A stretch of DNA of 63,907 nucleotides, the filler included, from Vicugna vicugna (lineage: Eukaryota): the NCBI GenBank assembly GCA_013265495.1. It is 79 parts of 76 records of this genome, joined end to end, with 100 filler letters (N's around TTAATTAATTAA, not from the genome) between each part and the next. Parts side by side here need not be neighbours in the genome. Positions count along the whole stretch, not along the records: positions 1 to 991 come from PNXW01029040.1; positions 1,092 to 1,560 come from PNXW01029044.1; positions 1,661 to 2,101 come from PNXW01029048.1; positions 2,202 to 2,927 come from PNXW01029050.1; positions 3,028 to 4,045 come from MU063389.1; positions 4,146 to 5,234 come from MU063390.1; positions 5,335 to 5,744 come from MU063393.1; positions 5,845 to 6,165 come from MU063394.1; 71 more parts are not named here. One strand, given 5' to 3'. A model generated the notes under the pieces. It made no database searches. It was not told the origin of the DNA and saw only the letters and a program-made list of their open reading frames with translations. Shown here piece after piece: positions 1 through 11,880 of this stretch. Positions within the stretch are counted from its first letter, which is position 1; every line of letters starts with the position of its first letter. The position numbers and the translations under genes are program-made.

Positions 1-991
1 CCAGTGACCGAGTCCGCCTCCCCAAGTTCAGGGAAGTTATTTCTCTACTTCCCCAAACAGAGAACTCCTGTGACTGAAGAGAGCTCCGTGGAGTTGTCTC
101 TCGAGCTCCCCCACGCACTGACAACGGTTCCGGAATCCTGAGCGTGGGGAGGTTCCACCAACGGTTGGCAGCGCGTGGGTTCTAACGGAATGCCTAAGCT
201 CGCTCCCCTGAGGGTTTTCCTAATGTCTCTGTGCCAGGGAATGCTAGGGGTGATTGCAGGATATCCCAGTGACCGAGGCTGCCTCTCCAAATTCAGGGAA
301 GGTATTTCTCGGACTTCCCCGAACAGGGAACTCCTGTGACTGAAGAGAGCTGCGTGGAGTTGTCTCTCAATGTCCCCCACGCACTGACAATTGTTTCGAA
401 ATCTTCAGCATGGGGAGGTTCCACCAACGGCCGGCAGCGCGTGGGTTCTTACGGAATGCCTACGCTCGTCTCCCCTGATATTTATCCTAATGCCTCTGTG
501 CCCGGGAATGCCAAGTGTGATTGCAGGATATCCCAGTGACCGAGGCTGCCTCTTCAAATTCAGGGAAGGTATTTCTCGGACTTCCCCGAACAGGGAACTC
601 CTGTGACTGAAGAGAGCTGCGTGGATTTGTCTCTCGAGCTCCCCCACGCACTGACAATTGTTCCGGAATCCTGAGCGTGTGGAGGTTCCACCAAGTGTCG
701 GCAGCGCGTGGGTTCAAACGGAATGCCTAAACTCGTCTCCCCTGAGGATTTTCCTAATATGTCTGTGCCAGTGTATGCTAGGGATGATTGCAGGATATCC
801 CAGTGACCGAGGCTGCCTCCCCAGTATTTCTCGGACTTCCCTGGACAGGGAACTTCTGTGACTGAAGAGAGCTGCGTGGGTTTGTCTCTCGAGCTCCCCC
901 ACGCACTGACAATTTTTTCGAAATCTTGAGCGTGGGGAGGTTCCATCAACGGCCGGCAGCGCGTGGGTTCAAACGGAATGCCTATGCTCTT
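1..991 (-). repeat. 267-bp GC-rich satellite (SatA), ~3.7 monomers
   Basis: CCAGTGACCGAG recurs at 1, 266, 533, 800 (period 265-267). Confidence 0.97.
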
Positions 992-1091
992 NNNNNNNNN
1001 NNNNNNNNNNNNNNNNNNNNNNNNNNNNNNNNNNNTTAATTAATTAANNNNNNNNNNNNNNNNNNNNNNNNNNNNNNNNNNNNNNNNNNNN
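992..1091. other. Artificial scaffold-joining spacer (44N-TTAATTAATTAA-44N); first of about 78 identical copies
   Basis: Identical 12-mer palindrome with stops in all six frames, centred in fixed-length N runs, between unrelated sequences throughout the window (last at ~63801). Confidence 0.98.
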
Positions 1092-1660
1092 GTTAGCCCA
1101 GAAAGGACAGGGAAAGGAGAGTTATACAGGTGCTCATAGTCGTATTTTGGCCACTGTCCACGGAAAGTGCACTGTGATTAGCGTTAATTGTTTTCCAGGC
1201 AGTATATCAGTTCTTATAACAGAAATCTAGTCCATTGAGTTAATCTAGAATCCCTTCCTGCTCTGCTTCTGTCCATGTTTGCCATGTGACTGCCTGCCCG
1301 TGATTGGGCGGTGGAGGAGAAAATGTACTCATGGTTGAACTCTGATATTTCAGTCTGGTTCATAGTTTCACATCTTCTGTTACATTAGTAATTTAAGTTT
1401 CAAGTTTCTGGTTTTCTTTCATCAGTGTGTGATGGGTTTGGTTAATGTGAAATCAGTCCATGGGAGCCCAGGGGTGCTGACGGTATAATTTCTGAGCATG
1501 TGTGTCACTTCAACTCGAGCAGACCTGGCTGGAGGATTTCCACCAACCGCACTGATTTCCNNNNNNNNNNNNNNNNNNNNNNNNNNNNNNNNNNNNNNNN
1601 NNNNTTAATTAATTAANNNNNNNNNNNNNNNNNNNNNNNNNNNNNNNNNNNNNNNNNNNN

Positions 1661-2101
1661 TATGGAAAACTGAATACAGAGCCCAGAATTTAGAACATTG
1701 AATGCAGAACAAAGGATTTAGAATATAGAATTAAGAATACTAAATACAGGATTTAGAATATCGAATGCAGAACACAAAATTTAGAATACAGGATACAGAA
1801 TCCTGAATATAGTATATAGAACATGGAATGCAGAACAAAGAATTTAGAATATAGAACACAGAATGCAGATTATAGAATGTAGAATATAGAATGAAGAACA
1901 CAAAATATACAATATTTAAAAGAAAATATACAACCTAGAAAGTAATGAAATGCAGGACACAGAATTTAGAATATAGAATAGAGAATACTGAATATAGAAT
2001 TTAGAATAAAGAATGTAGAACACAGAATATAGAATATAAAATCTAGAATTTAGAACATGAAATGCCGAACAGAGAATTTAGAAAATAGAATAACCAATAC
2101 T
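1661..2101 (+). repeat. Heptamer-based AT-rich satellite (AGAATAT)n and variants
   Basis: 7-bp periodic AGAATAT/AGAACAC/GGAATGC/AGAATTT units. Confidence 0.95.
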
Positions 2102-2201
2102 NNNNNNNNNNNNNNNNNNNNNNNNNNNNNNNNNNNNNNNNNNNNTTAATTAATTAANNNNNNNNNNNNNNNNNNNNNNNNNNNNNNNNNNNNNNNNNNN
2201 N

Positions 2202-2377
2202 CGCAAGAATTACTAAAATGTCACACAGAGACATGAAGTGAGCAAAAGTTGTTGGAAAAGTGGCACCAACAGACATACTTAACATAGTTGCCACAAGCCT
2301 TTAATTTGTTTAAAAAAATGCAATATCTGCAAAGCACAACAAAGAAAAGTGCAAAACTAAAACAAGGTGTCCCTGTA
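2202..2377. mobile_element. Tigger1 DNA transposon terminal fragment ending at TA target site
   Basis: Matches remembered Tigger1 end (AAAATGTCACACAGAGACATGAAGTGAGC...GTTGCCACAA...AAACAAGGTGTCCCTG) followed by TA. Confidence 0.8.
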
Positions 2378-2559
2378 GCTTTAAGCAGCTCATTCCAGGT
2401 TTCTTGAGTCATACATAAGCCCTCTTTGTACTGCTCCTGTGACATTAATATTATCAAAAAAAGAAAAAAATGCTAAAAAGGCTATAATCTTTGATCTCAA
2501 GTCATCAAAATATTTTAACCAAATATATAACCAACTCTCAAAGTTTAATTTCCAATACA

Positions 2560-2665
2560 TTAACTATTGGCTGCATGTGACTAGTGAACACTTGAAATGA
2601 GACTACCATTACTGAGGAATTGAATTTTTATTTAATTATAATTAATTTTATCTAAATTTAAAAGC
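2560..2665. mobile_element. hAT-Charlie MITE fragment (MER3/MER33-like)
   Basis: CATGTGACTAGTGAACACTTGAAATG...ACTGAGGAATTGAATTTT motif typical of MER3/MER33. Confidence 0.55.
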
Positions 2666-3027
2666 TGAGGCAATGTAAAATATCTATCTACAAAAGAAAC
2701 ATTTATTGTTTTTATCTAGTCAGCATCAACTAACTAATCAACTAAAATGAATAAATGAATTTTCTCTACACATCAATGTAATAATAGAGTAAATCATTTA
2801 TTGAATTTTTTGCAAAGTACACAAGTTACAGTGATCCCTATGTAAATCATAACTGATAACCAGAGATACTATTTTAATTTTAATTATTGAAATTTTTAAT
2901 TTTAACATATTTTGAATTAAGTTGTTTNNNNNNNNNNNNNNNNNNNNNNNNNNNNNNNNNNNNNNNNNNNNTTAATTAATTAANNNNNNNNNNNNNNNNN
3001 NNNNNNNNNNNNNNNNNNNNNNNNNNN

Positions 3028-4045
3028 ACATGCATTTCTGAGTTGTGAACATGTGCATGACTGAAGTTTCAAACAACGAACAAGTTACCTATGCACTCTG
3101 AAATATTTACTTTGACTTTGTTGCTTCTGCCTATCACCAGTTTCAAGAATCACACTTTGATCCCACAAAAACCCTCTTGGAGCGAATTCTTCCCTAGGGA
3201 TATGTAAATTGAATAGATTCCATCTACATGATATTCCGTGTTCCGTACATGCTACATACATNNNNNNNNNNNNNNNNNNNNNNNNNNNNNNNNNNNNNNN
3301 NNNNNNNNNNNNNNNNNNNNNNNNNNNNNNNNNNNNNNNNNNNNNNNNNNNNNNNNNNNNNNNNNNNNNNNNNNNNNNNNNNNNNNNNNNNNNNNNNNNN
3401 NNNNNNNNNNNNNNNNNNNNNNNNNNNNNNNNNNNNNNNNNNNNNNNNNNNNNNNNNNNNNNNNNNNNNNNNNNNNNNNNNNNNNNNNNNNNNNNNNNNN
3501 NNNNNNNNNNNNNNNNNNNNNNNNNNNNNNNNNNNNNNNNNNNNNNNNNNNNNNNNNNNNNNNNNNNAACAAGGCGTATATAGAGTTAGAAATATTTCCT
3601 CTGACTTCATAGGTTTTTCCTATCACCAGGTTTTAAATTGGACATTTGGCACCAGTAAACACTCTATGAGTAAATTCTCACCAATACACATGTAATTTAC
3701 ATTGCTTATATAACCATGGAATTCGGTATTACGAGCAAGATTCATGCATCACGGATTCCTCCAACATGAAATTGTGAGATGTGAACATGTGCATGAATGA
3801 TGTTTCAACCACCAAACAATTTACCTATGCACTCTGAAATATTTACTTTGACTTTGTAGCTTCTGCCTATCACCAGTTTCAAGAATCACACTTTGATCAC
3901 AGAAAAAACCTCTTGGAGTGAATTCTTCCCTAGAGATATGTAGTTTGAATAGATTCCATCTACATTATATTTCGTGTTCCGTACATGCTACATTCATGAC
4001 GATTTGACAAACATGCATTCCTGAGTTGAGAGCATGTGGTTTACT
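3028..4045 (+). repeat. ~245-bp satellite (SatC) with diverged monomer types
   Basis: CATGTG landmark at 3786 and 4033 (247 bp); 3028-3261 nearly repeats 3765-4000. Confidence 0.9.
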
Positions 4046-4145
4046 NNNNNNNNNNNNNNNNNNNNNNNNNNNNNNNNNNNNNNNNNNNNTTAATTAATTA
4101 ANNNNNNNNNNNNNNNNNNNNNNNNNNNNNNNNNNNNNNNNNNNN

Positions 4146-4350
4146 GGAGGATTAACAGATACACATTAATAGATATAAAATAAATGACAAAGACCTACTA
4201 TATGGCACAGGGTACTATTTTCAGTTTCTTGTAATGAGTTGTACTAAAAACAATCTGAAAAACATGTGTATACATATGCATAAGCTTATAACTGAATCTC
4301 TGCTGTACATCTGAAGCTAACATGGTAAATTGACTACACTTAAATAAAAA
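4146..4350 (+). mobile_element. LINE-1 3' UTR end (laurasiatherian type)
   Basis: GACCTACTATATGGCACAGGG...TAACTGAATCTCTGCTGTACATCTGAAGCTAACA...AATAAAA. Confidence 0.8.
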
Positions 4351-4849
4351 CTAATTTTATATAATAAGTAATAATAAAAGCAACGCCATAAAAAAAAAAA
4401 GTAAAAGAACACGGTAATCCCCTTAGCTGNNNNNNNNNNNNNNNNNNNNNNNNNNNNNNNNNNNNNNNNNNNNNNNNNNNNNNNNNNNNNNNNNNNNNNN
4501 NNNNNNNNNNNNNNNNNNNNNNNNNNNNNNNNNNNNNNNNNNNNNNNNNNNNNNNNNNNNNNNNNNNNNNNNNNNNNNNNNNNNNNNNNNNNNNNNNNNN
4601 NNNNNNNNNNNNNNNNNNNNNNNNNNNNNNNNNNNNNNNNNNNNNNNNNNNNNNNNNNNNNNNNNNNNNNNNNNNNNNNNNNNNNNNNNNNNNNNNNNNN
4701 NNNNNNNNNNNNNNNNNNNNNNNNNNNNNNNNNNNNNNNNNNNNNNCATGGAATGTAACAAGTTAATTTATGGTCAGGAACAGCCAAGAAACTTCTCTTC
4801 TTTAGACACTGGGAAGGGGTGGATAGGTCATGCATTTCAACTGGTCTTT

Positions 4850-4985
4850 CTGATGTGATGAAAACGTTCTGGAATAATAATGGTTGCACAAATGTGAATA
4901 TGCTTAAAGCTGCTGAATTGTAACATTTAAGTGGATGGACTTCGTAGTGTGTGAACAATATCACAATAAAGCTGTTATATGAAAA
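4850..4985 (+). mobile_element. Old L1M (L1MB/MC-like) 3' end
   Basis: TGATGAAAACGTTCTGGAA...GGTTGCACAAATGTGAAT...CTGAATTGTA...CAATAAAGCTGTTA. Confidence 0.65.
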
Positions 4986-5334
4986 AATCCTTCTTGCCAA
5001 TTATTTTTCCCTCTATACTACTAGTCTGTCCCACAATTTAAGTAAAACAAACAAACAAAAAAAAACAAAACAAACCAGATTTTGCCAGGAGCTCTTTAGG
5101 AGTGCAATGTCCCTGGGTCTCCAACGCCTCAGGTTGTGCTGTTCCTGTTAACACACAATAGCTGGGCTGGACTAGTTAGGGGCTGTAACTATCTTTTTAA
5201 GATCAACGGTCTCACGTTTCACCCTGGGAGAGTGNNNNNNNNNNNNNNNNNNNNNNNNNNNNNNNNNNNNNNNNNNNNTTAATTAATTAANNNNNNNNNN
5301 NNNNNNNNNNNNNNNNNNNNNNNNNNNNNNNNNN

Positions 5335-5744
5335 AGTATGTTTCCAGAAACTTGTCCATCTCCTTTAGGTTATCCAGTTCGGTTCCATATCCTTTTTCAT
5401 AATATTCTCATATGATATTCTGTATTTCTATTTTATTTGTTGTAATTTCTCCATTTTCCTTTCTTATTTTGCTAATTTGTGCTCTCTCTTTTTTCTCCTT
5501 TGTGAGTTTGTCCTGAAGTTTGTCGATTTTATTTACTTTTTCAAAAAANNNNNNNNNNNNNNNACCAGCTTTTGGTTTGGTTGATTTTTTCTATGGTCTT
5601 GTTAATCTCTATTTTATTTATTTCCTCCCTAATCTTTATAATTTCCTTCCTTCTGCTGCCTTTTGGGGGGTTTTGTTCTTCTTTTCTAGTTCTCTCAGCT
5701 GATGGGTTAACTTGTTTATTTGAGATTGTTCTTCTTTTTTTAGG
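5335..5744 (-). mobile_element. LINE-1 ORF2 fragment
   Basis: Antisense T-rich L1 signature (ACTTTTTCAAAAAA..CCAGCTTTTGGTTTGGTTGATTTTTT...TAATTTCCTTCCTTCTGCTG). Confidence 0.85.
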
Positions 5745-6068
5745 NNNNNNNNNNNNNNNNNNNNNNNNNNNNNNNNNNNNNNNNNNNNTTAATTAATTAA
5801 NNNNNNNNNNNNNNNNNNNNNNNNNNNNNNNNNNNNNNNNNNNNATCCCATCCTTAGGTGTCCTCCCCTCTTCCCCGACTTCACTGGGTAGCTCCCTTGT
5901 GGGCTTCCGCATCCAGCCCTGGTCATCTTTCCTTCTCACCAGCAGATGGGGGCGGACGTGTGTGAGATGCACTAGTTCACGGGATTCCCCGTCCTGGGCG
6001 CCCCGGGCACTGGGGTGGCCGGTGCTACGTTTGCTGCCCCGCACCCATACCCTTCCCCCTCTGCTCAC

Positions 6069-6165
6069 CGGCCTCAGCACTCTCTGGACCTCCTGCAGGA
6101 CCTTCCTCGGGCTCTGCACTGAGCAGAGCACCAAGGTGCAGACCACCACGTCCATGGAGCCATCG
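6069..6165 (-). CDS. METTL7B: Thiol methyltransferase 1B (METTL7B/TMT1B), 3' part of exon 1
   Basis: Translates DGSMDVVVCTLVLCSVQSPRKVLQEVQRVLRP then GTGAGC donor; SVQSPRKVLQEV matches METTL7B rather than METTL7A (SVKNQERILREV). The rest of the supplied ORF is intron read-through. Confidence 0.9.
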
Positions 6166-6265
6166 NNNNNNNNNNNNNNNNNNNNNNNNNNNNNNNNNNN
6201 NNNNNNNNNTTAATTAATTAANNNNNNNNNNNNNNNNNNNNNNNNNNNNNNNNNNNNNNNNNNNN

Positions 6266-6996
6266 AATGAAAAGAAAGTGCAGATTGCAATGCTCTACTC
6301 ATACAAAATATGGTTTTAAAAAAAGGGCCAAAATGAAAGAAATATGAGATTGTATAAAGAAAAAGACATCAATTAAAAAAATTGGGAATTACACTCATTA
6401 AATTATATATGGCCCAAAACCATAGAGCTTAAGTATAAAAAGAAATTTTAGTAGAGATGAAAGAATTAATTCATTATAAAACAATAATAGTAGATGAGTT
6501 TAACACCTCATTATTGTGATGATCAGATCATTCAGAAAGACTATCTGTAAGGAAACAGAGGTCTTAATAGCATATTAGATCATTTGAACCTAACTGAGCT
6601 ATTGGACACTGCATCAGAAAAGCAGAACACATGAACTTTTCAAGTGTGCACAGGATGTTATGTAAGGAATTAACCACATATTATGTCATGAAATAAGTCT
6701 CAGGAACTTTAAGCAAATATAGATAATAGCAAGTATTTTTCCATACATAAAACTATGAAACTATGCATCAACTCTTGAAAGAAGAATAGGAAAAGCACAA
6801 ACATGAGAGAAAACCACATCTTTTAAAAAAATACAATTAAACAAGGAGGTCAATGATGAAATCAAAGAAGTAATAAAATCATACCTGGAGACAAATTACA
6901 ATGAAGACACAGCTTCATAAGTGTATGGGATGCAACAAAGACAAATCTACGAGGTAAGTTTTGAATAAATCAGGCCTTCTACAAGGAACAAGAGAT
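6266..6996 (+). mobile_element. Degraded LINE-1 ORF2 endonuclease region
   Basis: A-rich sense L1 with ACAATAATAGTAGATGAGTTTAACACCTC, AGACAAATTACAATGAAGACACAGC..GGGATGCAACAAAG motifs; many stops. Confidence 0.85.
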
Positions 6997-7096
6997 NNNN
7001 NNNNNNNNNNNNNNNNNNNNNNNNNNNNNNNNNNNNNNNNTTAATTAATTAANNNNNNNNNNNNNNNNNNNNNNNNNNNNNNNNNNNNNNNNNNNN

Positions 7097-7745
7097 AGAC
7101 ATTAGGAATAACCTCAGGGGAGACGAGCTTAGGCATTCCGTGAGGACCCACGTGCTGCAGACCGCTGGTGGATCCTCCCCACGCTCAGGATTCCGGAACA
7201 ACTGGCAGTGCGTAGGGGTGCTCGAGAGACAACTCCACTCTGCTCTCTTCAGACACAGGTGTTCCCTGTTCGGGGAAGTCCGAGAAATACCTTCCCTGAC
7301 CTTGGGGAGGCAGCCACTGTCACTGGGATATTCTGCAATCGCCCCTAGCATTCCCTGGCACAGAGATATTAGGAAAACCTCAGGGGAGACGAGCTTATGC
7401 ATTCCGTCAGAACCCACGCNNNNNNNNNNNNNNNNNNNNNNNNNNNNNNNNNNNNNNNNNNNNNNNNNNNNNNNNNNNNNNNNNNNNNNNNNNNNNNNNN
7501 NNNNNNNNNNNNNNNNNNNNNNNNNNNNNNNNNNNCCCCAAGCTCAGGATTCCGGAACCATTGTCAGGGCGTGGGGGAACTCGAGAGACAACTCCAAGCA
7601 GCTCTCTTCAGTCACAGGTGTTCCATGTTCGGGAAGTCCGAGAAATATCTCCCCTGCCGTTGGGGAGACAGCCTCTGTCAGTGGGATATCCTGCAATACA
7701 CCCCAGCATTCCCTGGCACAGAGACATTAGGAAAACCCCCAGGGG
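7097..7745 (+). repeat. 267-bp satellite SatA
   Basis: Same monomer as 1-991, opposite orientation. Confidence 0.95.
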
Positions 7746-9009
7746 NNNNNNNNNNNNNNNNNNNNNNNNNNNNNNNNNNNNNNNNNNNNTTAATTAATTA
7801 ANNNNNNNNNNNNNNNNNNNNNNNNNNNNNNNNNNNNNNNNNNNNACATTTACCATTTACTATAATAAACCCTCCCTTATTATACAATTTAATTTTATAA
7901 AGAAGCTTTCATGTACCTTGTTATTAACAATAGCCCCAANNNNNNNNNNNNNNNNNNNNNNNNNNNNNNNNNNNNNNNNNNNNNNNNNNNNNNNNNNNNN
8001 NNNNNNNNNNNNNNNNNNNNNNNNNNNNNNNNNNNNNNNNNNNNNNNNNNNNNNNNNNNNNNNNNNNNNNNNNNNNNNNNNNNNNNNNNNNNNNNNNNNN
8101 NNNNNNNNNNNNNNNNNNNNNNNNNNNNNNNNNNNNNNNNNNNNNNNNNNNNNNNNNNNNNNNNNNNNNNNNNNNNNNNNNNNNNNNNNNNNNNNNNNNN
8201 NNNNNNNNNNNNNNNNNNNNNNNNNNNNNNNNNNNNNNNNNNNNNNNNNNNNNNNNNNNNNNNNNNNNNNNNNNNNNNNNNNNNNNNNNNNNNNNNNNNN
8301 NNNNNNNNNNNNNNNNNNNNNNNNNNNNNNNNNNNNNNNNNNNNNNNNNNNNNNNNNNNNNNNNNNNNNNNNNNNNNNNNNNNNNNNNNNNNNNNNNNNN
8401 NNNNNNNNNNNNNNNNNNNNNNNNNNNNNNNNNNNNNNNNNNNNNNNNNNNNNNNNNNNNNNNNNNNNNNNNNNNNNNNNNNNNNNNNNNNNNNNNNNNN
8501 NNNNNNNNNNNNNNNNNNNNNNNNNNNNNNNNNNNNNNNNNNNNNNNNNNNNNNNNNNNNNNNNNNNNNNNNNNNNNNNNNNNNNNNNNNNNNNNNNNNN
8601 NNNNNNNNNNNNNNNNNNNNNNNNNNNNNNNNNNNNNNNNNNNNNNNNNNNNNNNNNNNNNNNNNNNNNNNNNNNNNNNNNNNNNNNNNNNNNNNNNNNN
8701 NNNNNNNNNNNNNNNNNNNNNNNNNNNNNNNNNNNNNNNNNNNNNNNNNNNNNNNNNNNNNNNNNNNNNNNNNNNNNNNNNNNNNNNNNNNNNNNNNNNN
8801 NNNNNNNNNNNNNNNNNNNNNNNNNNNNNNNNNNNNNNNNNNNNNNNNNNNNNNNNNNNNNNNNNNNNNNNNNNNNNNNNNNNNNNNNNNNNNNNNNNNN
8901 NNNCTGAAGTGTCTCATGTATGTGGAAGAATTTAATTTTATTTTTCTTGAATCTATATCCTGACATTGATGCTGTCATTCAAAACTGCTTTAGGCATTGC
9001 TTTCTAAAT

Positions 9010-9270
9010 TCTAACATTTATTCAACAAATATTGAATACATATAACACATCAGAATATCCTTAGACAAAGGGATATAATGTATAAAACAAAATATGCTTC
9101 CCTCCATGAAGCTTGTATTATAGCATCCTCTATCCTTCTGATTATGGTCTTCTCTTGATTCTTCTCAATCTATGCATTCATCTTTTTAACAAATATTTAT
9201 GGTGTTCTTATGTGCTTGGCTTTGTTCTACATGTTTGGTACATAATGGTGAGATGATTACTATCTTCGTG
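9010..9270 (-). mobile_element. L2 3'-end fragments
   Basis: Two CATTCA/TTCAACAAATATT(T)A-type L2 tail motifs with downstream L2-like sequence. Confidence 0.5.
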
Positions 9271-9430
9271 TTTTTTAAATTCGATTGGGGAAATGAATAT
9301 TATATAATAAAGGCAGACATGAATACAAAANNNNNNNNNNNNNNNNNNNNNNNNNNNNNNNNNNNNNNNNNNNNTTAATTAATTAANNNNNNNNNNNNNN
9401 NNNNNNNNNNNNNNNNNNNNNNNNNNNNNN

Positions 9431-10125
9431 AATACCTTCCCTGACTTGGGGAGGCAGCCTCTGTCACGGGGAATTGCTGCAAACACCCTTAGCATTCACT
9501 GGCACAGGGACATTAGGAAAAACCTCAGGGGAGACGAGATTAGGCATTCCGTTAGAAACCATGGCTGCCGAACCTTGGTGGAACCTCCCCACCCTCAGGA
9601 TTCCCGGAACAATTTTCAGTNNNNNNNNNNNNNNNNNNNNNNNNNNNNNCGAGAGGCAACTCCACGCAGTTCTCTTCAGTCACAGGTGTTCCCTGTTCGG
9701 GGAATTCCGAGAAATAACTTCCCTGAACTTGGGGAGGCAACCTCTGTCACTGGGACTTCCTGCAAACACCCCTAACATTTCCTGGCACAGGGACATTAGG
9801 AAAACCTTCAGGGGAGACGAGTTAAGGCATTCCGTTAGAACCCACGCGCTGCCGACCGTTGGTGGAACCTCCCCACGCTCAGGATTTTGCAGCCGATTTC
9901 AGTGCGTGGGGGAGCTCGAGAGACAACTCCACGCAACTCTCTTCAGTCACAGGTATTCGCTGTCCAGGGAAGTCCGAGAAAAACCTTCCCTGACCTTGGG
10001 GAGGCAGCCTCTTTCACTGGGATTTCCTGCAATCCCCCCTAGCATTCCCTGGAAGAGGGTCATAATTCCCTGGAGTCATTAGGAAAACCCTCAGGGGGGA
10101 CGAGTTTATGCCTTCCGTTAGAACC
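9431..10125 (+). repeat. 267-bp satellite SatA
   Basis: Tandem SatA monomers. Confidence 0.95.
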
Positions 10126-10805
10126 NNNNNNNNNNNNNNNNNNNNNNNNNNNNNNNNNNNNNNNNNNNNTTAATTAATTAANNNNNNNNNNNNNNNNNNN
10201 NNNNNNNNNNNNNNNNNNNNNNNNNCCCTGACAGCTTAGCCACCGGAGGTGGGCAGGATGTGCTGAGGGGTCGGAGGCAGCTGCCAAGGCAGCGACGAAG
10301 GGGGCTGTCCCTGGCCAGCTGGTCAATTTGTTCCCATCTCAACCTTTGCTCCCCCAGTTTCGCAGAACGCCCTTCTCCAGTTTATCCTTCTCCTGGGAGG
10401 TGGGCGCAGTGCATGCAGCCCAAGGTCTGGGTTCACCCCTGGGGAGGGGCAGAACTCTCTTGTTCTCCTTTGTCTTATGTCTTTATTATTCAGCCAAGTG
10501 GTTACTGGACGCAATTCTTAATCCTGAGAAAGTGTAGGCTGTGTCACGGAAGAGCTGCTGGATAGTGAGTTTTCTGGGTGGATTATCACATTAGCTGATG
10601 CCCCAGGCAGGCAGGAAATCTATTACTCAGAGCTTCTTAGTCTGGAGTTGGGGGATGGTTCCCCGCCATCCTCACTATGCTTTTTAAAAATGTGTTACTC
10701 CCCTGNNNNNNNNNNNNNNNNNNNNNNNNNNNNNNNNNNNNNNNNNNNNTTAATTAATTAANNNNNNNNNNNNNNNNNNNNNNNNNNNNNNNNNNNNNNN
10801 NNNNN

Positions 10806-11321
10806 CTATAGAATACAGAATACTGAATATAAAATTTTGAATATAGTATGCAGAAAACAGAATACGGAAGTAGAATACGGAATGCAGAATATAGAATACA
10901 GAATATAGAATGTAGAACACAGAATATAGAATATGGAATAAAGAATGCAGAACCCAGAATTTAGAACATGGAATGCAGAACACTGAATTTAGAATATAGA
11001 ATACATAGAACTGAAAATAGAATTTAGAANNNNNNNNNNNNNNNNNNNNNNNNNNNNNNNNNNNNNNNNNNNNNNNNNNNNNNNNNNNNNNNNNNNNNNN
11101 NNNNNNNNNNNNNNNNNNNNNNNNNNNNNNNNNNNNNNNNNNNNNNNNNAATTAGAACATTTAGAACATAGAATTTAGAATATAGAATACAGAATACTGA
11201 GTATCAAAATTAGAATATAGAATGTAGAACTCAGATTATAGAATATAGGATACGGAATGTAGAATATAGTATAAAAAATATAGAATATAGAACACAAAAT
11301 ATAGAATATGGAAAACAGAAT
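10806..11321 (+). repeat. Heptamer-based satellite
   Basis: 7-bp AGAATAT-type periodicity. Confidence 0.95.
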
Positions 11322-11880
11322 NNNNNNNNNNNNNNNNNNNNNNNNNNNNNNNNNNNNNNNNNNNNTTAATTAATTAANNNNNNNNNNNNNNNNNNNNNNN
11401 NNNNNNNNNNNNNNNNNNNNNTTTGGGAAAGCTCTGCATAGAGAATGCTGGAGGAAATGCACTGTAAGTAGGCAAGTGAGAAAGCTCCCTTGAGTCTGGG
11501 AAGGTGAGTGCAGCACATTCAGAGAGTCTATGAAGTTATTACAAGTCACAGTAAGGTATGCAATTAAAGTGTCTTCCAAGCAAAATATCCTTCTTCAGGA
11601 ATTTTTATCTTGATAATATCTTGATATTTCTATGATCTGTGTGGTCACAGGAAGTCAAAGTTATGGTGGTGGCTTAGAAGTTCTTTTCTCTCTGTCTGTA
11701 ATTTACAGAGTATTGCTACAGATCGGGCAGCAGATATCTGCGGTAAGCTATTCCATGGGGTGGGGGAGCAGTTAGAAATGNNNNNNNNNNNNNNNNNNNN
11801 NNNNNNNNNNNNNNNNNNNNNNNNTTAATTAATTAANNNNNNNNNNNNNNNNNNNNNNNNNNNNNNNNNNNNNNNNNNNN

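Noticed and set aside
45..949. ORFs in SatA/SatB and Tyr/Ile/Leu/Ser-rich ORFs in heptamer arrays
   Set aside because: Products of repeat periodicity, with no domain-like content or splice structure.
7268..7285. CENP-B box-like motif in SatA (GTTCGGGGAAGTCCGAG)
   Set aside because: Only 7 of the 9 essential positions (TTCG....A..CGGG) match; the CGGG half is CCGA, so binding is not supported.
7860..8978. Long ORFs made mostly of X, here and elsewhere
   Set aside because: They run through N gaps.
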